Assembly (NCBI GenBank): GCA_938084645.1
Contig: CALKEP010000009.1
Location: 1-64,000, forward strand
Reading direction: 5' to 3'
DNA from: an uncultured Phycisphaerales bacterium
Lineage (GTDB): Bacteria; Planctomycetota; Phycisphaerae; Phycisphaerales; SM1A02
DNA: 64,000 nucleotides
In this document: piece by piece, positions 19,198 to 29,462 of the stretch
How the letters are laid out: each line of letters begins with the position of its first letter
Position numbering within the stretch: position 1 is the first letter of the stretch
Position numbers and translations under genes: made by a program
Notes under the pieces: generated by a model
What the model saw: the letters and a program-made list of their open reading frames with translations, nothing else
What the model was told of the DNA's origin: nothing
Database searches by the model: none

Positions 19198-22100
19198 TTT
19201 CCCGCCGGGTTCCACTCTTCATCGCCTCGCTCTCGGTCCTCACCGGCGTCGCCACGCCGCTGTTCGCGCAGGAAAGCGACACCGGCGTGATCCGCGGCGT
19301 GGTCAACGACCGGGACTTCGACGGTCCGCTCCCGCTCGCGCAGGTCCAGGTGATCGAGACCGGACGAAAGGTGACGGCGAACGAGATGGGTGACTTCACG
19401 CTGGCGGAGCTCAAGCCCGGCACGTACACGCTCGTGTTCTCGAAGAACGGGTACCAGCGGCAGGTCCGGCGGGTCGCGGTGTCGGCCGATCGGATCGAGG
19501 AGATCGACGTCTTCCTGAACGGGGACTTCACCGACCTCGAGCCCTTCGTGGTCGAGGAGATCCCGCTGAGCCGTGGATCGGAGGCCGGCCTGCTGGATCT
19601 CAGGCTCGAGAGTCCCGCCCTGCTCGACTCCATCAGCGCCGAACTCCTGAGTCAGGCCGGGGCGAGCGACGCGGCGGCCGCGCTGAACCTCATCGCGGGC
19701 GCGACCGTCCAGGACGGGAAGTACGCGACGGTCCGCGGTCTGCCCGATCGCTACGTCACCACGCTGCTCAACGGCGTGCGACTCCCGACCGCGGACGAGG
19801 ACAAGCGGGCCGTCCAGCTCGATCTCTTTCCCACCGCGGTGATCGAGAGCGTCCGGGTGAGCAAGACCTTCACGCCCGACCAGCAGGGGGACGCCTCCGG
19901 GGGAAGCGTCGACATCGTGTTGAAGGGGATTCCCGACGAGAACATCTTCCAGTTCAAGTCCGAGCTCAAATGGAACTCTCAGGTGAGGGATCGGGACGAT
20001 TTCCTCACCTATCGGGGTGGAGGCGTCAACCGCTGGGGGAACGAGACGGGTTCGCGGGCGATCCCGCCGCTCAAGAGCCCGGACGCGGTTCCCGGCGATC
20101 CGCTCTACGGCGTCTACGACTATGACGGGCAGCCGATCGGCGTCTCCACCGGGAACGCGCCGCAGATGTACAAGTGGTCCGTGGATCTCGGTGGCCGCCA
20201 CGAGTTCGACAGCGGGGTCGTGATCGGTGGATTCGCGACCTTCTTCTACGAACGCGACGCTTCCTACTTCGACAACGGCGTCGACGATTCCTACTGGGTG
20301 ACGACGCCCGGCGGAACCGAACTCACGCCGGAGACCGGCGGCGCGGACGGGTCCTCGGCCGGACCGGGAAATGACTTCAACACCGGGCTCTACGACATCG
20401 CCGAGGGCGTCGAATCCGTCCAGTGGGGCGGGCTCGCCACGGGAGGCATCCAGTGGGAGGCGTGGGGGCGTCACGAGATCGACGCGGCGTATCTCTACAC
20501 CCGCACCACCGACGACGTGGCCACCCTCGCCGAGGACACCCGTGGAAAGCAGTGGTTCACGGAGACCTTCTACGACGTCCCCTACGAACTCGACGACCCC
20601 GACAATCCAGGCAACATCCGGGAGAACCAGCTGGCGGCTCCGTATCTGCGGACCCAGACGCTCAACTACACGGAACGCACCGTCGAGTCGACGCAGTTCT
20701 CCGGCGATCACGCCTGGGACGCGTCATATCTCGACATCGGGATCGATGACGTCATCCAGTTCACGGGCATCGAGTTCGACTGGATCGGCTCTTTCGGGCG
20801 GGCCACCCAGTACGAGCCGGACAAGCGCCAGTTCGGCTCGAAGTGGTCGCCCGGATACACCCTCGAACTCGTCCCGGGTTTTCCCCAGTTCGACCTTCCG
20901 GTCAGTTCGTTCTACAGCCCGTTCAAGCCCGACGCGAACTTCACGATCGGAAACCTCCAGCACATCTACAAGAACATCGACGAGACCAGTCGTCAGTTGT
21001 CGCTCAACCTGACGCTTCCCTTCGAGCAGTGGACCGGCGACGGCGGTTACGTGAAGCTCGGGAGCTTCATCGACAATGTGAAACGGACCTACGACCAGGA
21101 GACCTTCGCCAACTTCGGCGACAACTCCACCTATCCCGAGAATCCACTCGGGCCGATCGGCGGTCCCGCGATCCCCGGTCCGGGGTTCGACGACTTCTGG
21201 TCGGACGTGTACCCGTTCCAGGACGGACACCCGATCAGCGATGGCGGGGACTCGAATCCCGACGTGGACTACGTCGGTGACCAGCGGATCGCCGCGACCT
21301 ACGCGATGATCGATCTTCCGCTGATCTCCGGCCTCAACGTCATCGGTGGATATCGCTGGGAAAGCACCGACATCTCGATCGTGAACGACCCCGAACCCGG
21401 GGCCACCTGGTTCCCGGCGGGATCCCTCACTCCGGTCGCCCTCGGACCCGGGGATGCCGACGTCGACTACTCGCAGAAGGACGCGCTTCCGGCGATCGCG
21501 CTGGTCGTGCAGCCGATCGACGCGTTGACGATTCGAGGGTCCTACACCCGGACCGTGGCCCGGCAGACCTTCAAGGAACTCTCCCCCATCCTGCAGCAAG
21601 AGTTCCTCGGTGGTCCGATCTTCATCGGCAATCCATCGCTGACGATGAGCGAGGTGGAGAACCTGGACCTCCGTGTCGACTTCACTCCGTTCGAGGGCGG
21701 GTTGTTCTCGGTAAGTCAGTTCCAGAAGGATCTCACCAATCCGATCCAGTACGTCCAGCGCGGCACGCCGGCGTTCAGTTTCACCACCCCGGAAAACTAT
21801 GATTCGGGTCTCATCGAGGGATTCGAACTCGAAGCTCGCCAGAACTTCGGTGCGATCGACGAGTCGCTGCGGGCGTTCACGATCGGTGGGAATGCTTCGT
21901 TCATCGAGAGCACCGTGAATCTCCCCCAGGCCGACATCGACCGGTTCGCCTCGCCGCAGATTCTCCAGCCCGCCACGACCGAGGCGATGGCCGGAGCGCC
22001 GGACATGCTTCTCAACCTCTACCTGACGATCGACATCGAGGAGACGGGGACGCGATTCGGGGCCTTCTACACCATGCAGGGCGACACCCTCGTCGCCGGG

Positions 22101-22343
22101 GCCGGCGTCTCTTCGGACAACAACTACATTCCGAGCATCTATGCGATGCCGGTGAACACCCTGAATCTGACCTTCTCGCAGGAGTTCTTCGACAACTTCA
22201 CGTTCTTCGTCAAGGCGAAGAACCTCCTGAATCCCGATATCGAGACCGTCTATCGGATGCCCGACGGCGCCGAGACGCTCCACACCTCCTATTCCGCCGG
22301 CGTCGATCTCTCCATCGGGGTGACGGCGTCCTTCACCTTCTGA
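19191..22343 (+). CDS. TonB-dependent outer-membrane receptor with N-terminal carboxypeptidase-regulatory-like domain
   Basis: Signal peptide; TGVIRGVVND..PLPLAQV..GTYTLVFS; plug motif VRGLPDRYVTTLLNG..LDLFP..IESVRVSKTFTPD..GGSVDI; GNPSL and KNLLN barrel motifs; terminal Phe (ASFTF). Confidence 0.92.
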   Translation: MVISRRVPLFIASLSVLTGVATPLFAQESDTGVIRGVVNDRDFDGPLPLAQVQVIETGRKVTANEMGDFTLAELKPGTYTLVFSKNGYQRQVRRVAVSADRIEEIDVFLNGDFTDLEPFVVEEIPLSRGSEAGLLDLRLESPALLDSISAELLSQAGASDAAAALNLIAGATVQDGKYATVRGLPDRYVTTLLNGVRLPTADEDKRAVQLDLFPTAVIESVRVSKTFTPDQQGDASGGSVDIVLKGIPDENIFQFKSELKWNSQVRDRDDFLTYRGGGVNRWGNETGSRAIPPLKSPDAVPGDPLYGVYDYDGQPIGVSTGNAPQMYKWSVDLGGRHEFDSGVVIGGFATFFYERDASYFDNGVDDSYWVTTPGGTELTPETGGADGSSAGPGNDFNTGLYDIAEGVESVQWGGLATGGIQWEAWGRHEIDAAYLYTRTTDDVATLAEDTRGKQWFTETFYDVPYELDDPDNPGNIRENQLAAPYLRTQTLNYTERTVESTQFSGDHAWDASYLDIGIDDVIQFTGIEFDWIGSFGRATQYEPDKRQFGSKWSPGYTLELVPGFPQFDLPVSSFYSPFKPDANFTIGNLQHIYKNIDETSRQLSLNLTLPFEQWTGDGGYVKLGSFIDNVKRTYDQETFANFGDNSTYPENPLGPIGGPAIPGPGFDDFWSDVYPFQDGHPISDGGDSNPDVDYVGDQRIAATYAMIDLPLISGLNVIGGYRWESTDISIVNDPEPGATWFPAGSLTPVALGPGDADVDYSQKDALPAIALVVQPIDALTIRGSYTRTVARQTFKELSPILQQEFLGGPIFIGNPSLTMSEVENLDLRVDFTPFEGGLFSVSQFQKDLTNPIQYVQRGTPAFSFTTPENYDSGLIEGFELEARQNFGAIDESLRAFTIGGNASFIESTVNLPQADIDRFASPQILQPATTEAMAGAPDMLLNLYLTIDIEETGTRFGAFYTMQGDTLVAGAGVSSDNNYIPSIYAMPVNTLNLTFSQEFFDNFTFFVKAKNLLNPDIETVYRMPDGAETLHTSYSAGVDLSIGVTASFTF

Positions 22344-22380
22344 ACCGATCCGCCGCGATCCATTCGACCGGAACCAGACC

Positions 22381-23208
22381 ATGAAGAATCCTGCATCATT
22401 CCCGAGAACCCGCCTTCGGAGATCCTCCGTCGTTCGAGGCCTGCTGGGCCCCACGCTGCTCGTCGGGGGTCTGGGTGTGCTCGGCGCCGCGCCGGTCGCG
22501 CCTCCGCCGGAGGCGGCGCAGATCGAATCGGCGCGACAGGCGATGCGACTCTGGGTGGAGACCCGCAAGGAGATCTCGGCCGAGCGGGCGAACGCCGTGC
22601 TCTCCCGGGACATGCTCGAGAATCGCATCGAACTGGTCGAGGCCGAGATCGAACGGCTGCGTGGTGAAGTGACGCGAATCGAGGGTGAGATGACCGACGC
22701 CGACATCGCCCGGGAGGAACTCCTGGAGCGGAAGTCGAGTCTCGACGACGCGGCGTCGGCCCTCGAGGGGGTCATCGAGCAGATCGAGACGAGGACCCGC
22801 GGTCTCCTCGTGAAGCTTCCGGTCCCGCTGCGCGATCGGGTCTCGCTGCTGAGCCGCCGGCTCGGCGACGATGGCTCGACGCCCGACGGCACGCTCGCGG
22901 AGCGTTTCATGAACACGATCGGCGTTCTCAACGAGGTGGACAAGTTCAACGGCGACATCCTCACCCTCCGCGAGTCTCTCGTCCTCGGCGACGGTCGGGA
23001 CGCGGAGGTCGACGTGGTCTACATCGGACTCGGCCAGGCGTTCTACGTGAGCGACGACGGAACCGATGCCGGTCGAGGTCGCATCACCGACGAGGGATGG
23101 AAGTGGGTGTCCGATCCGACGATGGCGGGCCCCGTGCGTGACGTGGTGAGGATCCTCGCCGGGGAACGGCCCGCGGCCTTCGTCAAGATTCCGGTGGCGA
23201 TCGACTGA
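22381..23208 (+). CDS. DUF3450-family coiled-coil periplasmic protein (TtpB-like)
   Basis: Signal/TM, long coiled coil, then LPVPLR..R, ERF, EVDVVYIGLGQAFYVS..G...W; directly before a long ExbB-like gene. Confidence 0.75.
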   Translation: MKNPASFPRTRLRRSSVVRGLLGPTLLVGGLGVLGAAPVAPPPEAAQIESARQAMRLWVETRKEISAERANAVLSRDMLENRIELVEAEIERLRGEVTRIEGEMTDADIAREELLERKSSLDDAASALEGVIEQIETRTRGLLVKLPVPLRDRVSLLSRRLGDDGSTPDGTLAERFMNTIGVLNEVDKFNGDILTLRESLVLGDGRDAEVDVVYIGLGQAFYVSDDGTDAGRGRITDEGWKWVSDPTMAGPVRDVVRILAGERPAAFVKIPVAID

Positions 23209-23237
23209 TGCCGCGCGCGAACCAGGAAAGAAGCACC

Positions 23238-24884
23238 ATGAAGAATCAACTCACCAACGCACTGTTTGGACTCGTCTCCGGCATCCTGCTCGCCAACGGA
23301 ACCGCCCTCGGGCAGGCCCCGGATCCGCCGCCCGCCTCGGAGGGTGGAGGAGCCACCCCCTCGGTCGCGGACGTGGCCGTCTCCGACGGATCCCTGGAGG
23401 GCGTTTCCCTCGAGATGCAGGAACGGCTCGACGCGAGTCTTCGCGAACTCGCGGAACTTCGCGCGAGCATCGTCGAGCAGAACGTTCCACTGAGTCGTCG
23501 ACTCTCGGAACTCGAATCGGAGCTCCAGGAGGCGCGAGACGAGTACCAGCGAAAGAGCCGGCTTCAGGACAGCCGGGCGCTCGGACTGGCTTCGCTCACC
23601 ACCCAGGTGAACGCGGCGGAACAGGCCGAGAACTTCCTCGCCAACCTGCTTCGGCAGTACGTGACCAACTGGCAGTCCAGGCTTCCGATCGGCGAGATCC
23701 AGCGATACGAAGCGGCGCTCGCGGCGGCTCGGAACGCGCCCGAGGACGCGACGCTCGACGACCGGGAGCGATTCGAGGCGCAGGCGGCGCTGGTGCTCAC
23801 CGCGATCGATCGAATCGACGATGCGATCGGGGGCAGCAAGTTCCGTGGTTATGCGCTCGATGACTCGGGACTTCGAACCGAGGGAACCTACGTCGTGGTG
23901 GGGCCGTCGCAGTTCTTCCGCAGCGCCGACGGTACCCGGGTGGGCAACGTGGAATTGAAGGCCAATTCGCGCGAGCCGTCGATCGTCACGTTCAACGATC
24001 CGCTCGACGCCGACGCGGCGGAGCGGGTGATCACCAGCGATTCGGGCCTGCTTCCCTTCGATCCCAGCCTCGGCAACGCCCGGGTGATCGAGACGCTCGA
24101 CGAAACGGTGACCGAGCACATCCTTCGCGGCGGACCGGTGGTCTGGCCGATCCTCGGTCTCGCCGCGGCGGCCCTCCTGGCCGCGATCGGCAAGTGGATC
24201 AGTCTGTCGCTCGTTCCCAGTCCGTCCCGCAAGCGGATCGATGCCCTCCTCCAGTGCGTGGAGGAGGGTCGTCTCGACGCGGCGAAGGAGGCCGCGGCGG
24301 GTATCCGTGGTCCGACCGGGGAGATGCTCGCCGCGGGTGTGGCATTGATCGGCAAGCCGGTCGAACTCCTCGAGGAGGTCATGTACGAGCGGGTGCTCGT
24401 GACCCGGCTCAAGGTCCAGCGTCTGCTTCCGTTCATCGCGATCTCGGCGGCCGCGGCGCCGTTGCTCGGCCTGCTGGGCACCGTGACCGGCATCATCAGC
24501 ACGTTCAAGCTCATCACGGTCTTCGGAACCGGTGACGTGAAGACGCTCTCCGGCGGGATCTCCGAGGCGCTGATCACCACGGAGCTCGGACTGATCGCGG
24601 CGATCCCCGCCCTTCTCCTCCACGCCTACCTTTCCCGGAAGGCGAAGGGCATCACCGACCGCATGGAGCAGTCCGCGCTGTCGCTCGTGAACGGGGTCGC
24701 GATCGGGCAGCCGGACGCACGAGACGCCGGGTCCGATCAAGCAGGTTCGGACGCCTCGCCCGGTGGCGGAAGTGATGCGTCCGCGGCGGAGTCCGCGCGG
24801 GACGCCCTCGTGGAACTGCTCGGTCCGCTCCTCGAGGAACGACGCGGTTCCGGCGATTCGAGACCAAAATCGGACCCCGCTTGA
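23238..24884 (+). CDS. Long MotA/TolQ/ExbB-family protein with periplasmic N-domain (TtpC-like)
   Basis: Signal peptide, coiled coil, LPFDPS, GGPVVWPI, APLLGLLGTVTGII.TF, GGISEALITTELGL. Confidence 0.88.
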   Translation: MKNQLTNALFGLVSGILLANGTALGQAPDPPPASEGGGATPSVADVAVSDGSLEGVSLEMQERLDASLRELAELRASIVEQNVPLSRRLSELESELQEARDEYQRKSRLQDSRALGLASLTTQVNAAEQAENFLANLLRQYVTNWQSRLPIGEIQRYEAALAAARNAPEDATLDDRERFEAQAALVLTAIDRIDDAIGGSKFRGYALDDSGLRTEGTYVVVGPSQFFRSADGTRVGNVELKANSREPSIVTFNDPLDADAAERVITSDSGLLPFDPSLGNARVIETLDETVTEHILRGGPVVWPILGLAAAALLAAIGKWISLSLVPSPSRKRIDALLQCVEEGRLDAAKEAAAGIRGPTGEMLAAGVALIGKPVELLEEVMYERVLVTRLKVQRLLPFIAISAAAAPLLGLLGTVTGIISTFKLITVFGTGDVKTLSGGISEALITTELGLIAAIPALLLHAYLSRKAKGITDRMEQSALSLVNGVAIGQPDARDAGSDQAGSDASPGGGSDASAAESARDALVELLGPLLEERRGSGDSRPKSDPA

Positions 24885-24917
24885 CCCCGATTCCGCCGCC
24901 AATGGAGCACTTCCATC

Positions 24918-25562
24918 ATGGAACCAAACACCGAACCCGACACCCTCGGCCTCTGGGGCCAGGCCGTCGAAACCTGGATGGACGGGGGTTGGGCGATGAT
25001 CCCGCTCGCGGTGGTCGCGTTCATCATCTTCGGCCTCGGTACCGACCTCTACATGACCCTTCGCGGGAAGGGCTTCAAGCGTCTCTCCGAATCCGCCTGG
25101 CGGGAGTGGATCGAAACCCCGGATCGTCGCCGGGGCCGCGTCGGACGGATCATCGAGGTCGCGTCGGCGGCTCGGACCATCCAGGAGTGCGAGGCCATCT
25201 TCGAGGCGATCCGGTTGAAGGAGCTGAGTCCGATCCGGCGCAGTCTGCTGTTGATGCGGACCTGCGTGAGCGCCGCGCCGCTGCTCGGTCTGCTGGGCAC
25301 CGTGACCGGCATGCTCGCGACCTTCACGGCGCTTGCGACGGGGTCGGGTGGGGACAAGACGATGGGGCTCATCGCATCGGGCATCTCGGAAGCACTGATC
25401 ACCACCGAGACCGGCCTGGTGATCGCGCTTCCGGGCGTGTTCTTCCAGTACCAGATGAACCGCACCTTCGAGCGATACCGGGCGTTTCTCGCTCAGCTTG
25501 AATCGGTGTTCACACAGAAGATCCATCAGCGACAGGTCGAGTCTTCACGACTCGCGGCCTGA
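24918..25562 (+). CDS. exbB: MotA/TolQ/ExbB proton channel protein
   Basis: GGWAMIPL, APLLGLLGTVTGMLATF, GISEALITTETGL. Confidence 0.88.
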   Translation: MEPNTEPDTLGLWGQAVETWMDGGWAMIPLAVVAFIIFGLGTDLYMTLRGKGFKRLSESAWREWIETPDRRRGRVGRIIEVASAARTIQECEAIFEAIRLKELSPIRRSLLLMRTCVSAAPLLGLLGTVTGMLATFTALATGSGGDKTMGLIASGISEALITTETGLVIALPGVFFQYQMNRTFERYRAFLAQLESVFTQKIHQRQVESSRLAA

Positions 25563-25588
25563 CGCGAAACTCGACAGGAGATCCATTC

Positions 25589-26005
25589 GTGGGACGATTC
25601 CGAGAAAAGAGCGGCGAGGAGGGGAACGAGGCTTCGGTCGACATGTCCCCGCTCATCGACTGCGTGTTCATCCTGCTGATCTTCTTCATCGTCACGACGA
25701 CGTTCGTCGAGGAGACGGGCGTCGACGTCGACAAGCCGCAGGCGGCGTCGTCGGCGGCGCTGGACAAGAACAGCATCATGATCGCGCTCACCAAGGAAGG
25801 TGACATCCGGTACGGCGGCCGGGGCATCGCCATGAACGAGATCAGGCCGCTGGTTCGACGGCTCCTCAACGGAGATCCGTCCCTGCCGGTGATCATCGAG
25901 GCGGACGAGGGTTCGAAGACGGGCCTCATGATCCAGATTCTGGACGAGGTCAAGCTCGCCAAGCCCGACGATCCGCCGACCGTCAGCGTCGCCACCAGGA
26001 TGTGA
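25589..26005 (+). CDS. exbD: Biopolymer transport protein ExbD
   Basis: DMSPLIDCVFILLIFFIVT, VIIEAD. Confidence 0.93.
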   Translation: MGRFREKSGEEGNEASVDMSPLIDCVFILLIFFIVTTTFVEETGVDVDKPQAASSAALDKNSIMIALTKEGDIRYGGRGIAMNEIRPLVRRLLNGDPSLPVIIEADEGSKTGLMIQILDEVKLAKPDDPPTVSVATRM

Positions 26006-26697
26006 ACAGGAGGGTCTCGCCCGTGATTCGAAGGACGCTCGACATCCTCCGCTCCCTCGTGAAGCGCACCGTGGTGGTGGGTGGTGGCGTCGCCTTGACG
26101 CTCATCTTCTTCCTCGTCCTGCCGCTCATGCAGCGGATAGGGGATCTCGGAGGTGACGACGTCGTCGTCAGACAGATCAATCTCGCCGCGTTCGAGCCGC
26201 CGCCACCACCGCCGGAACCGGAAGAGCCGGAACCGCCCGAGGAGTCGGAGGACATCGAGCCGCCCGAGATCTCGGATGAGATCGAACCGCTCGATCTCAA
26301 CATGCTCAGCGATCTTCTCGAGGGAAGCATCGGTGGGGATCTCGGCTCGGCCGACTTCACCGTCGATCTCGGCGCCGCCGGAGGCGAGGAACCAGATACC
26401 GACTGGATGCTCGACGATCTCGACGAACGTCCGGTCGCGACGTACCGGGAGGCGCCGAATCTCGACGACGAATCGCAGCGCCGGGCCCGACTCTACGGCG
26501 CGGAGGTCTGGGTGATCTTCATCGTCGACGAACGGGGGCGGGTCGCCGAGGCCGAGGTGCAACGTTCCACCGACCCCAGGTTCAACTCGGCGTGCCTCGC
26601 CGCGATCCGCAAGTGGCAGTTCGAGCCAGGCAAACGGGATGGAACCCCGGTCCGCGCTCGCATGCGAGTTCCCTTCATCTTCAACAAGACCCGGTGA
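26002..26697 (+). CDS. tonB: Energy transducer TonB
   Basis: N-terminal TM, Pro/Glu-rich linker (EPPPPPPEPEEPEPP), C-domain FIVDERGRV..AIRKWQFEPG..G.PV. Confidence 0.9.
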   Translation: MNRRVSPVIRRTLDILRSLVKRTVVVGGGVALTLIFFLVLPLMQRIGDLGGDDVVVRQINLAAFEPPPPPPEPEEPEPPEESEDIEPPEISDEIEPLDLNMLSDLLEGSIGGDLGSADFTVDLGAAGGEEPDTDWMLDDLDERPVATYREAPNLDDESQRRARLYGAEVWVIFIVDERGRVAEAEVQRSTDPRFNSACLAAIRKWQFEPGKRDGTPVRARMRVPFIFNKTR

Positions 26698-26742
26698 TCC
26701 GACCGGCTTCCTCCACGATTCGCTCCACCGAGAACCAGAACC

Positions 26743-28122
26743 ATGATCAATCTTCTTCCATCCCGGCTTCGTCCGCTCCTCGCGATTCTCGCCCTTCTCG
26801 CCGCCGACGCGGCCTGGGCGGACGAGGTGGCCGACGTCTGGAACACCCCCGAATTCCAACGGCGGTTCGCGGACGCACTCCTGGTCGAATCCGCCGTGGT
26901 GCCTCCCGTGGAGCAGGATGAACGCGAGACCCTCGTCGAGGTGCAGCGGCTTCTCGGCCAACGGAAGTACGACGAGGCGGAGTCGATCCTGAAGCGGGAG
27001 ATCGACGCGAAGAGCAGCGCGTGGTTCGACTTCCTGCTGGGCGGCGCGTATTTCAATCAGGAGCGTTTCGAGGACGCGGTGTCCGAGTACACCGCGGCGA
27101 CCGGGAAGTTCCCTTCCTTCCAGCAGGCCTGGAGCATGCTCGGGGCCTCGCAGCTCGGCGCCGGTCTGCCGGTGGAGGCGGTCGGCTCGCTCGCCCGCGC
27201 CTACGAGCTCGGCGCGAAGGACTTTCGAACCCTGGGGCTCATCGCCAAGGCCCACCTCGAGACCGAGAACTGGCTGGCCGCGGAGTTCGCGCTTCGGAAC
27301 CTCATCATGCTCGATCCCGCCCAGCCCGAGTGGCAGGCCAAGCTCGCGCAGACCTACTTCAAGCAGGGACGCTATGCCGAGACCGCGTCGATGTTCGGCT
27401 CGCTGATCAATCGATACCCGGACGAGCCGCGGTTCTGGAAGTTCCAGGCCGATGCGTTCGTGAGGATGGGCGAACCGATGCGAGCCGCCGAGAACTACGA
27501 GATCCTCGTGGGCCTCGGGCTCGGGGACGCCGACGCCTTCGAAGTCCTGGCCAACATCTACGCGAACGAGGGACTCGCCGACGTCGCCGTGGACTACTAC
27601 ATCCGGGCGTTCGAGGCCTCGGATGCGCCGGATCCGACCTTCGCGTTCAGGGCGGCGGAGAACTTCGTCCGCCGAGGAATGATCGGCGACGTGTCCCGAC
27701 TGCTCGAGCATGTCCGGACCGAGATGGACGAGGATCTCGACACGCCGCAGCGGACGAAACTGCGACGGCTTTCGGCCCGGATCGCCGTCGCACGCGGCGA
27801 AGGCGAGGAGCAGGCGCGAATCCTCGAGGAGATCGTCTCCATCGACCCCACCGACGGTGAGGCGCTGGTGCTGCTCGGTCGGTACCACGCTGGGAAGGGC
27901 GACTACCCCGCGGCGATCGCGTGGCTGGAACGGGCCGCGCTGAACCCCGAGGTCGAGGCGGAGGCGAAACTTCGACACGCCGAGACGCTGGTCCGGCAAG
28001 GGAAGTACGTGCCGGCGATTCCACTCCTGCGAGCCTATCTCCAGCAGGAATCGAACCCAGCGGTCCAGCTCTTCTTCGACCAGGTCTCGGCGCGGGCCCG
28101 CGCCACCGGCAAGGGTGGGTGA
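26743..28122 (+). CDS. Exported tetratricopeptide repeat protein (TtpD-like position)
   Basis: Signal peptide; many TPR-like repeats (LGGAYFNQERFEDA, LAQTYFKQGRYAET, LGRYHAGKGDYPAA). Confidence 0.85.
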   Translation: MINLLPSRLRPLLAILALLAADAAWADEVADVWNTPEFQRRFADALLVESAVVPPVEQDERETLVEVQRLLGQRKYDEAESILKREIDAKSSAWFDFLLGGAYFNQERFEDAVSEYTAATGKFPSFQQAWSMLGASQLGAGLPVEAVGSLARAYELGAKDFRTLGLIAKAHLETENWLAAEFALRNLIMLDPAQPEWQAKLAQTYFKQGRYAETASMFGSLINRYPDEPRFWKFQADAFVRMGEPMRAAENYEILVGLGLGDADAFEVLANIYANEGLADVAVDYYIRAFEASDAPDPTFAFRAAENFVRRGMIGDVSRLLEHVRTEMDEDLDTPQRTKLRRLSARIAVARGEGEEQARILEEIVSIDPTDGEALVLLGRYHAGKGDYPAAIAWLERAALNPEVEAEAKLRHAETLVRQGKYVPAIPLLRAYLQQESNPAVQLFFDQVSARARATGKGG

Positions 28123-28140
28123 CTCCGCGGCCGACGCGAC

Positions 28141-29427
28141 TCAGCGCTCGTGGCTGATCAGATCCTCGAACGTCTCCCGACGCCGGATGACGCGATAAAC
28201 GTCTCCGTCGACGAGGATCTCGGCGGGAAGCGGCATCGCGTTGTAGCGGCTCGCCATCGTCATGCCGTAGGCCCCGGTCGCGTACACCGCGAGGAGATCG
28301 CCGCGTTCGAGTCGGGGGAGCCAGCGATCCCGGGCGAGAAAGTCGCCGGTCTCGCAGATCGGGCCCACCACGTCGACCTGTTCGAGATCGGGAACGTCCG
28401 GTCGTTCGGTCCGGCGAAGCGGCACCTGCGAGGCGGGCGGGGCGACCGGCCACGCGAAGTGGAACGCGTCGTAGTGGCTCGGCCGCAGCAGGGCGTTCAT
28501 GCCGCCGTCGCAGACCAGGAAGGTCTTGCGTCCCGACGTCTTCCGGGCGACCACGCGGAGCAGGAGGATCCCCGCGTTCGCCGCGATCGCGCGACCGGGT
28601 TCGATCACCACTCGAAGTCCACGAGCCACCCGGTCCCGCAGCAACGGCACGATCGCGTCGGCGTAGGCCGCCGCGTCGGGGGCGCGACCGGTCTCGTAGT
28701 CGGCGGCGAATCCGCCGCCGATGTCGAGGCGGGTGATCGGCGATCCCTCGCCTTCGATCCGGTCGGCGAGCTCCAGCAGGCGGCCGATGCCCTCCACGTA
28801 CGGGGCGGTGTCGTAGATCGGCGACCCGAGATGGACATGAAGTCCGTGCGCGTCCACCGCCGGGTCGCGCCGGGCGGTCTCGAACACCGCCGGAACGCGT
28901 TCGGCGTCGATGCCGAACTTCGTCTCCCGCGTGCCGGTGGTGGTGTGGTGGTGGGTGTGGGGATCGACGTCGGGATTCACGCGGATCGAGACGGGGGCGA
29001 CCACCCCGAGTCGGCGGGCGATCGAGGCGAGGACCTCGAACTCCTGCTCGCTCTCCACGTTGATCGATCCCACGCCCGCCCGGAGCGCCGCGTCGAGTTC
29101 GGCCTCGGTCTTGCCCACCCCGGCGAAGACGCAGCGTTCCGCGGGGACTCCGGCTTCGAGGGCTCGGTGGAGTTCGCCGCCGCTCACCACGTCCATGCCC
29201 GAGCCGAGTTCGCCGAGCAACCGGAGCACCGCGAGGTTCGCATTGCTCTTCACCGCGAAGCAGATCAGCGGATCGATCGGGGCGAACGCGTCCCGGAATC
29301 GCTCGAAGTGCGTGCGCAGCGTCGCGGCGGAGTAGACGAATGCGGGCGTGCCGACGGCCTCGGCGATCTCGCGGACGTCGACGTCCTCGGCGTGGAGTCG
29401 GGCGTCACGGTGCTGGAAGTGGTCCAT
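28141..29427 (-). CDS. lysA: Diaminopimelate decarboxylase
   Basis: GTPAFVYS, FAVKSN (PLP lysine), DVVSGGEL, KFGI, HVHLGS, EPGR, VGPICETGD, GAYG..MASRYN; start ATG 29427 (MDHF). Confidence 0.96.
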   Translation of the reverse strand: MDHFQHRDARLHAEDVDVREIAEAVGTPAFVYSAATLRTHFERFRDAFAPIDPLICFAVKSNANLAVLRLLGELGSGMDVVSGGELHRALEAGVPAERCVFAGVGKTEAELDAALRAGVGSINVESEQEFEVLASIARRLGVVAPVSIRVNPDVDPHTHHHTTTGTRETKFGIDAERVPAVFETARRDPAVDAHGLHVHLGSPIYDTAPYVEGIGRLLELADRIEGEGSPITRLDIGGGFAADYETGRAPDAAAYADAIVPLLRDRVARGLRVVIEPGRAIAANAGILLLRVVARKTSGRKTFLVCDGGMNALLRPSHYDAFHFAWPVAPPASQVPLRRTERPDVPDLEQVDVVGPICETGDFLARDRWLPRLERGDLLAVYATGAYGMTMASRYNAMPLPAEILVDGDVYRVIRRRETFEDLISHER

Positions 29428-29462
29428 GAGGTCGAGGATACGCGCTGGGCGTCGGCGCGGCC

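Noticed and set aside
23043..27999. 827-aa and 829-aa minus-strand ORFs
   Set aside because: Antisense to the clearly recognisable exbB/exbD/tonB/TPR genes.
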